DNA of 64,000 bases, taken from positions 86,874 through 150,873 of the forward strand of contig CALSCP010000904.1 in assembly GCA_943704425.1 (NCBI GenBank), in the 5' to 3' direction. Shown piece after piece: positions 36,250 through 48,220 of this stretch. Both the position numbers and the translations under genes were made by a program. How positions within the stretch are numbered: position 1 is the stretch's first letter; every line of letters begins with the position of its first letter. The DNA comes from Ministeria vibrans ATCC 50519 (Eukaryota > Protista > Filasterea). Under the pieces are notes generated by a model. That model had not been told where the DNA came from. It ran no database searches and was given only the letters and a program-made list of their open reading frames with translations.

Positions 36250-36967
36250 CTAACCCTAACCCTGACCCGAGACATGAACTTTACGATTGTATTCAGACGT
36301 TTAACACATACTCAAGCAGCTTATGGGGCCCACTCGGACAACATCGCGATCCTCAACACACACATCAAACACAAGCAGCCGCTTCGGATGGCTAGATTGT
36401 CTTGTACAATGAAGCTTTTGCCCTAGGGACTTCCAAAAAAAAAAACATCAAACACAAACACACAAAAGTTGATACTACAAGCAACACCAAAAAAACAAAT
36501 TCCAAGACAACACACACAGTATCAAAACCTAAATATATCACAAACAAAAAACAAAACAAACACACACAAAAGTAATAAGAAAACGCCACAAAAACAGAGA
36601 CAAAAACAATAAAAACAGTCACAACATGCTCAGCCGGCGTACACAGCTACAAGGACACACGTCAAAGCTCAAATGACCGAACCGCACCATATAACCCTAA
36701 CCAAAACATGAACTTTACGATTGTATTCAGACATTTAACACATACTCAAGCAGCTTATGGGGCCCACTCGGAATACATCGCGATCCTCAACACACACATC
36801 AAACACAAACACACACAAGAGGATACTACAAGCAACACCAAAGAACAAATTCCAAGACAACACATATAATATCAAAAAAAAACAATCACAAACATTAACA
36901 AATCAACACAGTCACACACAAAAGTAATAAAAAGCATATACCCCTAACCCTAACCCTAACCCTAAAC
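36250..36967 (+). repeat. Two A/C-rich tandem units, each headed by telomere-type TAACCC, followed by (CCCTAA)4
   Basis: 36272-36374 nearly identical to 36706-36808, and 36445-36578 similar to 36796-36929. CCCTAA tracts at 36250, 36692 and 36942-36965. Confidence 0.85.
36375..36444 (+). mobile_element. 70-bp poly(A)-tailed retro-insertion with a 13-bp TSD
   Basis: Flanked by ACATCAAACACAA at 36362-36374 and 36445-36457. The second tandem unit shows the empty site. Confidence 0.8.
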
Positions 36968-37850
36968 CACTGCCATCAGCTGTCGACACTCTCGTCGCCC
37001 CTCTTCGTCTTCATGAACCCCCCCCCCCGCCTGTAACAACAGCCCTCCTGTGGTTTGAGGCACAGCAGCGTTGCGCTCCGACCCGAGTGGAGCACGTGAA
37101 GGCGCACGTGCAGCCCCCAACTCGACAGGAAAAAACGTGGAACAACAGGGCGAACGCACTGGCCAAACGAGCTCGCGCAGCCCCGCTGGGAGCCGGGCAT
37201 GCTTCCCATTGTGGCGCGATGATTGCCTCGAGTAGACTGATGATGTACACTTGTGTAGCACGCGGTGACGGCAGAATGACACTCTGCGTGATCGACGAGC
37301 CCATTTCGGACAAGCTGACGGCGGACCTTGAGCGGCGTCTGTGGAGGGAGTGGGGCCAACACAGATCACAAGGCACGGTGGTCAGACTACCGCGAGTGGT
37401 GCGCGGCGGTGGGTCGCGGGCTCTCCCCGACAAAGCGAAGATTTCTACTTTAGCCTCAAGAAGAGGGAGCACCCATAACCCCACTAATACGCTCTCGCAG
37501 CAAGCGTACAAAGAATTCGAGGATTTCGAAAAAGATACGCACATCCAAAGTACACTGTGAGAGTACACACTTGCGAGACAGCAACGCCGGCAGCAGCGTG
37601 AAGCTTCCGAGACGCTTCACGTACGGTGGCGCTCGGCGATTGAGACACCACGGTGGCAGCCTGGCGGGTAGTAGTTTCGGTGCACTTCTGGTGCACGCTT
37701 GAAAGACGCGCGAGGAGCTATCTGAGAGGCACCACGGGCTGTGCCAAATAAAAGCGCAAGGTTGAGAGCAGATGGACAAGCGGGTGCGGCGGCAATGGGA
37801 GCAGCTGTCGTTGGCAGAACATATATATGGTGCTAATCATTGGGAAGCGA
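36968..37850 (+). mobile_element. Decayed non-LTR retrotransposon ORF2 fragment (RNase H C-half and downstream region)
   Basis: Frame from 36961 reads SAVDTL...ALLWFEAQQRCAPTRVEHVKAH...WNNRANALAKRA, an RNase H VKAH / NxxADxLAK pattern with D>N. Stops follow from 37558. Confidence 0.6.
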
Positions 37851-37880
37851 GCTACTGTAGCGCTGTGTGGGCGCTACTAC

Positions 37881-37955
37881 TTAGCGCTGCCCTCACTAAA
37901 CAATTGTACGCTTTTAGTAGCGCTGCCCTCACTAAACAATTCGTACGCTTTTAGT
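37881..37955. repeat. Tandem duplication of about 36 bp
   Basis: TAGCGCTGCCCTCACTAAACAATT(C)GTACGCTTTTAG x2. Confidence 0.9.
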
Positions 37956-39056
37956 ATGAGCGCAGCGCATACGCAACGATCGAGACAAGGGGGGACCGAG
38001 TCGAGCAGAACCTTGTAAAGTGCTCCGATCCGTACACGTGGTATCACGGGTGTCCCAACGGCGGCAGCAGCCACATGTAGAGTACGTCAGACCTATGATT
38101 TATTTTGGCTGAAGCCAGGGCAGACATGCGCGTGCGTGCGCCCTCGTCATGAGTTGGCCGCTGAGGAGTCGGGAGGCGAGTCGACGGGTGTCTTTTTGGT
38201 GCAGGACCTATAGGTAAGTGTACCGGAGTGGCCACAGAGGGTTAAAGCGGTGCACCGTCGCGTATGGAAAGAGCGCCAGCGATGGCTTTGAGCGAAACTG
38301 TAAACTACTGAGCGATGATCAAAGACGAAAAAAAAAAGCGTGCCGTCTTCGATCAATGCGCAGGAGGCCGGCCACAAGAAAATACGCTCGCGAGCCGGCG
38401 TTGGGGAAGGTACACATACATACGTGCGTACGGAGGGTGCAGGGTTATATATTTAGGGGGGTTAATTGGTGAGGCCCCTGCCGAGCGAGCGTTGTTTTTG
38501 GAAACGCATTGGGCAATCCAAATTTTCGCACCCATCCAAAAATTAAAGCGGCCACTCCGCCCTTTGCAGGCCTATAATTATAACTATAAGGAGCCAAAGC
38601 GGACGTTCCAACCCCTTAAACTTGCATGTGGAGCTAGGCCGTTACCAAGGTAATTAGTGTATAATATATAATATAATTTGTATTGTAAATGATACATAGC
38701 ATTTCCGCAGCAGCAGGATTTTGAACTAAAAATCTCCCACAAGAAAGCGAAAGGCTAAAGACGTAGGGATTTCGAGAGAGAGAGTTGAACAGGTAAATTT
38801 TAGATCTGGCCGGAACAGGGAAAAAGAAAGGGTAGGGGTAATTCGATTCGTAGTATAAGCGGCCGCCGCCAGCTGCAGGGGTTGCTGTTGGTGCCGCTAT
38901 CACTCTCTGTATGTAGTGATGTCTCAAAAGACTGCTTTCATTTGCAGTAGCCATGGCCACCGTATCCTTCTTTACTTGCATAGGGGCGGCAGTGTGGTGC
39001 GTCATGCCAGAGAATCAACACCGGGGAAGTGCGACTGATTAGGCGGCGTACGTTCC

Positions 39057-39089
<33 letters not shown>

Positions 39090-39149
39090 TATTATTATTA
39101 TTATTATTATTATTAATTTTTTTCATTAATATATAACAATAATAATACT

Positions 39150-41836
39150 TTAATCGAGCTCTGCAATGGTATGAACAATGTCGGTAAAGGAAGGACGATG
39201 GGCGGGCATGGGGTCCCAGGCGGACACAATGAGGGCGCGGAGGGCGGGCGGGGCAGCCGAGAAGGACGCCAGCGATGGTCGGTAGCCCCGTACGACGGAG
39301 GACGCCACGTCGGACAGCGCTACTTCCGCAAAGGGCAGTGTGCGCGACACAATCTCGTACAAGACAATGGCGTAAGAGTACACGTCGGATGCCATCACAA
39401 ATTCGTTGCCACGGATTACTTCAGGCGCTAAAAGGGAACGTTTCAGAGATGGAAAATTGAACGGAAAGTTCGGAGATTCAGAGCTTACCACTCCATAAGA
39501 GCGACCCGACACCCATCGTTGTGACTCCCGCGTGTCCAATAGCATGACTCGTCCTTGAGCTCGCAAATTCGTCTCCGGGTCCTGCCAGTGCACTGAGCTC
39601 ATGCTCTTCCATCGTCCCAGTCTGATGCGGTTGTTGTGCCTGCGCCGTCGCACTCGCCAGTTTACTTGAGCCCAAGTCTGCAATCTTACATGTCCATTTC
39701 GAATCAACTAACACATTTTCGCCCTTGAGATCACGATGAAGGTACGATCGCGAATGAAGGAAGCGCATTCCCCTGAAAACAACATCACAAAAAAGTTTTT
39801 AATCATAATAAGAATAATTTTCTTGGCACGTACCTGGCAATGTCAAGGGCAAAACGAGCCACGAGCGCATAAGGGACATCAACAGTCGGATCGTCAAGCA
39901 CAGCGCGCAGTGAACCGCGCTCCATGTACTCAAGCACAAGAAAGGGCGCACCGCCCTCGCCGCCCCCACCCCCCGCCCTGTCCTCCTTCTGCACGCCTGC
40001 TCCGTAGAATAGCACAATGTTTTCGTGTCGCAGACCTCGAAGAAAATTCACTTCTTTGGCAAACTCAACGCCAGATTGTTCGTCCGTCTCAAGCACAGCA
40101 GAGTTAAGCTGAAAAGCAAACAGTATCAGCTTCATTAAAATTTGACATGTTGTTTATACCATTTTGACTGCAACTTGACGACCAAGCCAGAGAGCGCGCC
40201 AGACAGTACCAAATGCGCCCTGACCAATGCGGTCGGTGAGGGTGAGATCGCGCTCGCTAATGCTCCAGAGTTGCTCAAGAAAGCGCACCTGCTGGTCACG
40301 ATCGTCCAGCAGACGTGTGTACAGCGCCGACTGGTGCTGCTGCGCACGGCGCACGCGCCGACGCACCAACACGGCAGCAACAAGAGCCACAAGTACTGCA
40401 GCGGCAGCAACGCCCCCACCCACCTCGACGGGCGTGCGATCGGGAGGAACAATGCAGCCGGCGAGACCGGCCGAGGTACAGCCGTGGAGGCACTGAACGT
40501 CACAGGCCAGACACACTTCGCCTACATGAGAATCGTAGGAGGGAAAGGTGCCTTGGACACACTCGGGCACACAGTTTGGACCGTATTCGTCAAAGTAGGA
40601 GAGTGTCGGTGGGGGACAGTGGCAAATGGCCGCCTGGGTCACATTGGCCGAATCAATGCATGTTCCATTGTACTTGGCACACGGGTGAGCCAAACACGAT
40701 GTCACATACGCACACCCAGGGCCACTAAGGCCTGCCGGACAGCACTCAGTAGGGCCTAAACGCAAAATATGTAGAGTGAGTGACTGAATGGCAGAGCGAG
40801 CCGGAGGGAGAAACAAAGTGATAGAGAGTCAGAAACAAAGTGATAAAGAGTTAGAAACAAAGTGATAGAGAGTTAGAAACAAAGTGATAAAGAGTTGGAA
40901 ACAGATTGATAAAGAGTCAGAAACAAAGTGATAAAGAGTTACAAGCAAAGTGATAGAGAGAGAGGAGGGAGGGAAAAAAAGTGATAGACAGAGAGTGTAC
41001 CCGGCCCTGAGCAACCCGCAGTGCTTGACAGAAGACCCCCCGCTCCTGTTCCAAAGTTGTTGAAACACTTGGACGCACATAAAATACAAATGGGAAACAT
41101 TCCATACGTCCCTATAAAGATAAATAAATATTACAAAAGTACATGAATATGATTAAGAATTTGAGAGTGATAATTATGTGTACCGGAAGGACACATTGGG
41201 CCGGTAAAGGGATTGCCAAAGAAGCTGACAATATTAGCATAACCACAAATATATGGAAGAGCAGTGAGCTAAAGGGAAACAAACAGAATTAAATGCTGAC
41301 AATCATTGTGCTTTTTTTGGACTCACTTGGTTTTCGCTTATGTCTAGTACGGTGAGTGGCTGACCAGTGATCACAGACCATTCACGAAAAGAGTCAATAG
41401 TCAGCTGATTAAAACTCAAATCAACTGCCGAGAGATGAGAGAGAGGAGTGATGCCCAGAAAGTTGACTGAGGAGAGTGCATTGTGGCGCAGAATCAGATG
41501 GGACAGAAAGGGGCACTGCAAAGAACAATTGGAGCTGAGAAACAGGACACTTTAGTTGGTGTTCCTACTGGAACGAATAGCAACGGGTCGATGGACGAAA
41601 TGCTGTTGAAGGACATGGAGAAGAAGGCAAGCGGAAATGCGAGTGCACAGGAGGAGCCAAAGAGCGGAGGGAGGGAGGATATGTTGTTGAAGTCGAGCTG
41701 AAGACTCTCGAGTGCAATCAAACCAGCAAAGAGTCCTTCGGAGAGCGATGTCAGCTTATTGTCTATGTCATGAAACAGAGAGGGAGAAAGAGAGAAAAAG
41801 GAATATTAAATGAGAATTAATATTACTAATTTATCA

Positions 41837-41890
<54 letters not shown>

Positions 41891-42217
41891 TATTATAAAT
41901 TTATTAAAATATTTTTATGATTATTATTTGAAGCGTACGTTGAAGGTTAAGTGACTTGAGACGCGAGAGGCCAGTAAACGTAAGCACATCAAGTGAGCTA
42001 ATCAACTGCGTCGACAGATCAAGCTCAACGAGTTCTACAAACAGGACACTCTGAGTATGCACCAGACAGAGCAGCAAATTGGGTCTGGGTACGCGAGGCA
42101 ATGGGGAGAAAGACAAAGGGAGCAAGAGTGGTGATGCGCCCACCGGTGACGAGGAGCGAAGCCAGGCCAGTACCTGTTGTACCGACTCCCTCAAACAGAC
42201 TGGATGGCCCTACAATA

Positions 42218-42271
<54 letters not shown>

Positions 42272-44157
42272 TAATTTATTATTATTATAATTTTTTGAGT
42301 GTGCAAATTGAATCTTATGTGACATGTTCGCCATACCAAGAAGTTGGAAAGGACATGATTCAAGATTAAGCAAGGTCAGATTGGCAAGAGTGGCAAAAGG
42401 AAGGGAGTGCAAAAAGACATCGGAGGTGTTGGTGTTCTCGAGGTTGAGGGTAGAGAGGCCCGAGAGAGGAGTGAAAAGACCGACGGGGGGAGAGAGGTAG
42501 ATGCAGAAGGAAAGATCAAGATGCGTGAGACGGGACAAGCCTGCAAAGAGGTCTGAAATAATCATAGAACACACATTCAGAGGGAATTTTGGTATAAAGG
42601 TCATTTACCGGATGGGAGACTGACAATGGAACTAGAGGAGAGAGTGAGGAAGGAGAGGTTTGGAGTAGAGCGAAAGAAAGAGGAGGGAAGAGAGGTGAGG
42701 GGTCCGAGGGAGAGATCGAGGTAGGTGAGAAGCGGAGTGTGCGCGAGAAGAGTGGCGGGGAGGGTGGCAAAATCATTGAATTGGAGGTGGAGGGTCGTGA
42801 GGAGAGGAGTGAAGCGGAAGAGATTGGCAGGAACAGAGGGAATGTTGGCCGAGTTAAAGTTGACATGTTGCAGACGGGGAGTCGAGGCAAACGTGGCGTT
42901 GGTGAGCGATGCGCCAATTGGTACTTCGATTGCATTGATTGTTGTGAGGTTGACAAGGTTGGCAAATGAATTGTCAATGAATATGATGTCGAAGGTGGCA
43001 TATTCGGACGTGGTAAGGCTCAGTGCTAATTGAAAACGTTAAATCAGGTCTTTCTTTTTCTACTTTCGACGACTCTTACTTTCAAGGGCGGTGAGATTAG
43101 AAAATGAGAAGGGAGGCAAAAATCCAGATGAAGAGAGGGAGAGGGAGCGCACTGCGGAGAGGTTGCTGCTGAAGAAAGTGTCCATGGGAACGGGGACGAG
43201 GTTAAAGACGAGGGTGAGGCTTTCGAGCGCATGATTGTAGCAGCCAAAGACACCACTTTCGCTATCAATGGTGAGCGTGGGGACTTCGAGGTTGAGCGAC
43301 TGCAAGAGTGTCAGGGGTTCGAGAGCGCTGACGGGGAAGGGGGGTACAGGCGAGGAAGGTCTGTAGCGGAAACTCAACGAGAGTGAGCGCAAGCTATGAC
43401 GCATAGGATTAAAAGAATCGGGATCTATGCTGGTGTCGAGAGCAATGCCCAGCTGGAGTTGCTCGAGAAGAACTAAGGAGGCGGTGTCGGCCGATGAGAG
43501 TGTTGGGACGTAAAGTCCAGTCCATTGGAGCACACGAAGCGACGTGAGACCGTCAAAAAAGCCGTTGAGCGACCCCTGTGCAGCAGTTACCTCGTTCGAA
43601 TCAAGATTGATGAGCTCCAGCTGGCTCGTATTGTTGAAGAAGCCTCGGGCGACCGGATGTTGTAGCACTGTGCGCGAAGCGTCAAAGACACGCAGCGATG
43701 GAGTGTGCGCCAGTAGACGCGGCGGCAACACCACCAACTGTGTGTTATCAATGTACAGCGCCTGTAGATGCAAGCTCGAAGCGAGCATGTCGTTATTGAG
43801 GCCGTCAGAGAGTGGGTTGTTTGACAGTCGCAGCGTCTCAAGCAACACCAGCGGCTTGAGCGTTGTAGGATCGATGGAGAGCAGGCTGTTGTCGCTCACA
43901 TCGAGGGTGCGTAGAGATGAGCCATTTCCGGGGAAAGGTGCGAGATACTGAAGGGCATTTCGCGAGAGGTTGAGCGAGACAATACTCGCGTGGGTGTCAA
44001 GATTCAGCTGGAGCGTTGACGAGATTCCACGCGCTGAGCAGTTCACAGCGAGGCCACCGGGCGGGTCTGTGCTTGGCGAACAATCACACAGAGAACAGAT
44101 GTCTGCTGTGACTAGTGCTGCGAGGGTGAGCGCGACACACAGCGTCCGCTGGTACAT
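39150..44157 (-). CDS. LRR / EGF-like receptor kinase of the TKL group
   Basis: Signal peptide MYQRTLCVALTLAALVTA, LRRNT (CSLCDC..VNCS), many LRRs, EGF-like CLAHPCAKYNGTC..ICHC, TM, then kinase GQGAFGTV, VAVK, HRDLKGEN, ADLG, GSLLWSAPEV, SDVYSY. Confidence 0.9.
40805..40990. repeat. Intronic minisatellite, 22-bp unit AGAAACAAAGTGATA(A/G)AGAGT(T/C)
   Basis: About 7 tandem copies. The same core occurs in many other introns. Confidence 0.9.
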
Positions 44158-44442
44158 CTCCCAATGAGGTGGATGGGCAAGTAAAATGGTTTGATTTGAG
44201 TAGAAGACGAGTATTTCAATTAATGGGTTGTATTCTTCTTCATCTTCTGCGAGTTCTGTCTGAGTGACAACGGGGTTACGGCAGGCCGGCACCTCGGTCA
44301 GTTGGGTATGGGAGAGGGTGAATTTCTTTCCCGAAAGAAAGATACCTGATACCTTATCTCCCCTCTAGGACTCGAATTATCATTTGATATAGGCTCTGAT
44401 CAATCATTTAAAATTTAATTTTTTTTAGTTGTCTTTGTTTCA

Positions 44443-45379
44443 ATGACCTCCTTACGAGAGGTGGTGTCAACACGTCTCCCCGTGCGGTATGGCGCCGATT
44501 TTACAATGCGCCTTTTTCGCACCGAGTCGGTAAGTGAGCTCAGACGTGAAAAAATATAACGTGATCAACGGCCTTTGGCGATGTAGGACGGCGGAAAAGA
44601 CCACATTGCCATGTGTTTGGGACAAATCGACGGCAAGGAGAACGTTCTCGCGCGCGTTCACTCAGAGTGTTTCACTGGCGAAGTAAGAGAGCCATTTTCA
44701 TTCATGTCTCTCTTCTCTTTCCTTCTCTCTTTCTCTCTCTCTCTCACACACACAATACACACTCTGTCTCTCTCGATCTGTCTCACTCTTTCCCGATCTG
44801 TCTCTGCAGGTGATGGGCAGCGAACGATGCGACTGTGGAGACCAGCTTGATGAGGCACTAAGATTAATCGTGCAGAATGGTTCGGGGGTGCTCTTGTATC
44901 TGCGTCAGGAAGGTCGTGGCATTGGTCTCGCACAAAAACTACGGTACAATCCAACTTATCAAGTCAATTTCAACTCTGATCCCCCTCATTACACAGATCG
45001 TACGTCTTGCAAGACGACGGCGCAGACACCGTGACGGCCAACACAATGTTGGGACATCGTGATGACGAACGCGACTACGAGATTGCAGCGGAAATGTTTC
45101 GTCTACTTGGCGTCGTGTCGATTCGTCTGCTCACCAACAATCCACGGAAGGTGTTGGATCTTACAGAACGAGGAGTGTGCATCAGTGAGTCGTGTCCGCT
45201 TGTACCGACGGGAATCATTTCTCACGAGAAGATGCGCTATCTCAAGACCAAAATCGAAAAGCTCGATCACAGCATGTCGTTGGAGGACCTCTCAACCGTT
45301 ACATGGTTCTCCAAACTGAGTTTGTGCAATCCACAACTCTTGACACCCTCCTTGGGTGCCCATGACCACCACCACTACC

Positions 45380-45416
<37 letters not shown>

Positions 45417-46160
45417 CCGCATTCATGTGACAGTGACCTATGCACAGAGTATGGATGGTGTCATTGGTCTGCGCGACACCGATGAACGACTCATTCTGAG
45501 CGGACGCGAGTCGTTCACACTGACTCACCGACTGCGAGCGAGTCACGATGCCATTCTTGTGGGCATTGGAACGCTACTGGCCGACGATCCGCGTCTCAGT
45601 GCTCGTCTCAACAGCGATCACGACATGGTTGAAAGTGAAAGCGACGCAGACCCGTCACTCAGCCAGCCACTGCCCATTGTGCTTGACTCACACCTGCGCA
45701 CTCCCACCTCAGCGCGTCTCTTGCGCCGCCACCCCCTAATCGCCTGCAACCACAGTGCATCGTCCGAGCGCCAGTCTGCCCTGGAGGCAGCAGGCGCGCG
45801 AATTGTGCGTCTGCCATGCGACCCTGCTGGAACTCTCCTCTCTCTCACTGCGCTTCTCTCGCATCTCCATCAACACACATCTGTGCGCTCGCTCATGGTT
45901 GAGGGTGGTGCGTCCGTCATTCGATCATTCCTCGCCGCCCCCAACTTAGTCAGTGCGCTCGTTGTGACCACTGCGCCTCTCTTCGCCTCACAGGCCGATG
46001 CAGTCGTTGTAAGAAGAAGGTCATGGCCATTGCATACACGGTCTCATTTCTTATTATATAGATTGGGAACATGAGCGGGCTGTTCCGGATGCGCGACGTG
46101 GTCTACGAGCGCTACGGCAACGACAGCGTCCTCTTTGCACACGTTGTTGCCCCTTTGTAA
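44443..46160 (+). CDS. Fused GTP cyclohydrolase II (RibA) and RibD C-terminal / Rib7-type pyrimidine reductase
   Basis: [41 protein letters not shown]; then in the same exon [52 protein letters not shown]. Confidence 0.92.
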
Positions 46161-46202
46161 CATTAACTTCATCGCAATAAAAATGTACTCATCAGTCATC
46201 AT

Positions 46203-47847
46203 TTACTTGGGACCTTTCCCTTTGCCCTTGTGCTTGACAGGAGTGCTCTGCGTGGCCGCCCATGCGTCGTACACGCGTGTTGCGTGCTCCTTTGCGGCCT
46301 TGTTTGCGTGTTTCCCGCTCAGGGCCTCGCCCGCATCGACTGCCTGTGCATTGACAATGTCCAACCAGTCACTGCGCGTGCGCGAGAAGAACCCTTCGCT
46401 CGTCTCGCCTGCCTGTGGCTCAGGCAGCGGCAGTGCTTGCGCCGCCCGTGTCGCCGGCCCAACCTCATCCTCCTCTGATTCGTCCGAATCGTCCGACTCG
46501 TCGGATTCCTCTCCCGTTCCCTCAACGTTTTCCCATTCATCGTCTTCGTCCGAGTCAATTACCCGCCCCAAATTCTTCAGCGTCTCTTCATCAAGCGCCA
46601 CCAAACATCGCCACTCTACACACCGTATTATCATCATAAAAATAGAAAAAAAAATCATTATAATAATAATAAAAATCATAAAAACAATAATATTAGTACC
46701 ATCCAACTTGCTCAGGTCCAATTGCCAGAGATCCCCCAGAGTGACCTCACGCGCACCCGCATCAACTAGACCCCCATGAAGATAGGCAGTGTTACCAATA
46801 ACGGCGAGCTTGGCATTGAACCGCGCAACGGGCCAGGCCTTGCGCTCACCAGACGCTTCTCCAGTGCCCTCCTCGTCAACATGGTCGCCATCTGCCTCTT
46901 CGCCGCGCAGTCGCACGGGATACCACTTGTGTGTGCTCAAGTTGTACACGTGCATATCGTTAAAGTACTCCGACTGCAAGTCCGACTCCTCGCCCGGATC
47001 CGAGTCGCACACTCCGCCAAAGACGTACAGTCGATCGCGCCACTGTGCACTCGCTGCCCCAGAACGTGCTCTTGGTGGCGTCCCTCCTCGCTTCATTTTG
47101 CTCCACAGCGCTCCGTTCACGTCCAGCTGCCACATGTCATCGTAGACGGCCGTCTGTTCGCTCGCCGCGCCCTTGACAGTTTCCTTGTGGTACCCACCAT
47201 ACAGACACACGGTGCTTTCGCCGGTGAACAAATGGCAGGCTGATCGCGGTGACGGTGCGGTCTGCAGCTTCATCTATAGCAAACAAGACAAACCAGTTTT
47301 TCAAACCAGTTTTTATTCACATAAATGAGAGGGAAAGAAAGGGTACCTTTGGGAGCCAGACGTGGTTGTCCAGGTCGAACACATGGACATCAGAGAAGAA
47401 TTGACTGTTGATTCCGTCTGAGTCTTGAAATCCGCCGTACACGTAGAGACAGTGCTTGTGCACTGTCATGCGATGTCCACTGCGCGCACTTGGTCCTCCC
47501 TTTGCGTCAATCTATGGCTTATATGCGTGAGCAGCAGAAGAACAAACGGAAAAGCGGGGAATCTTTTTTACCTTGGTCCAGGCGTTGTCTTTGAGGGAGA
47601 GCATCCACAAATCGCGGAAGTGCTTGAACTGCAAGCCTGACGGTGACGTAAATTCCCCACCAAACAGCCACATTTGACCGCCCATTCGATCGATAGCAAC
47701 CGCTTGGTGTGATGTACGAGGTGCCGGCGAGTTGCGTGAACTCACACGAGTGTACTCGAGTTTGTTCAATTTGAGATAGTACAAGTCGTTGCTGCACAAA
47801 ATCCGATCGCCATTCACCTCTTCGCCCCCGAAAATGATCAGTTCTTC
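46203..47847 (-). CDS. KLHDC4: Kelch domain-containing protein 4, 5'-truncated
   Basis: ELIIFGGE, PAPRTSHQAV, MWLFGGEFTSPSGLQFKHFRDLW, PSARSGHRM, further kelch repeats, acidic tail. Starts at an acceptor. Confidence 0.88.
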
Positions 47848-47910
47848 CTACAAGGAACAAGGGTATGACCAACCATAGCGCAGAAGCAACGACGAATAGA
47901 AAAGTTCAAC

Positions 47911-47956
<46 letters not shown>

Positions 47957-48000
47957 TTCAAGAGAGAGAGAGAGAGAGAGAGTTCAAGAGAGAGAGAGTT

Positions 48001-48047
<47 letters not shown>

Positions 48048-48220
48048 GGAGAAAGAAACAAAGTGATAGAGAGAGAGAGAGCGAGAGAGAGAGAGAGAGA
48101 GAGAGGAGGGAGGGAGAAACAAAGTGATAGAGAGAGAGAGAGAGAGCAAGAAAGGAGGAAGAATGAACAACGTGACAAAGAGAGAGAGAGAGAGCGATTG
48201 ATTGTGTGCTTTTTTTTTAG

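Noticed and set aside
36250-36260. CTAACCCTAAC as a telomerase RNA template
   Set aside because: It heads tandemly duplicated G-poor units and recurs as (CCCTAA)4, with no evident structured context; better explained as interstitial telomeric sequence.
38581-38600. TAACTATAA resembling the LSU rRNA / I-CeuI site
   Set aside because: The match stops after 9 nt and there is no surrounding rRNA sequence.
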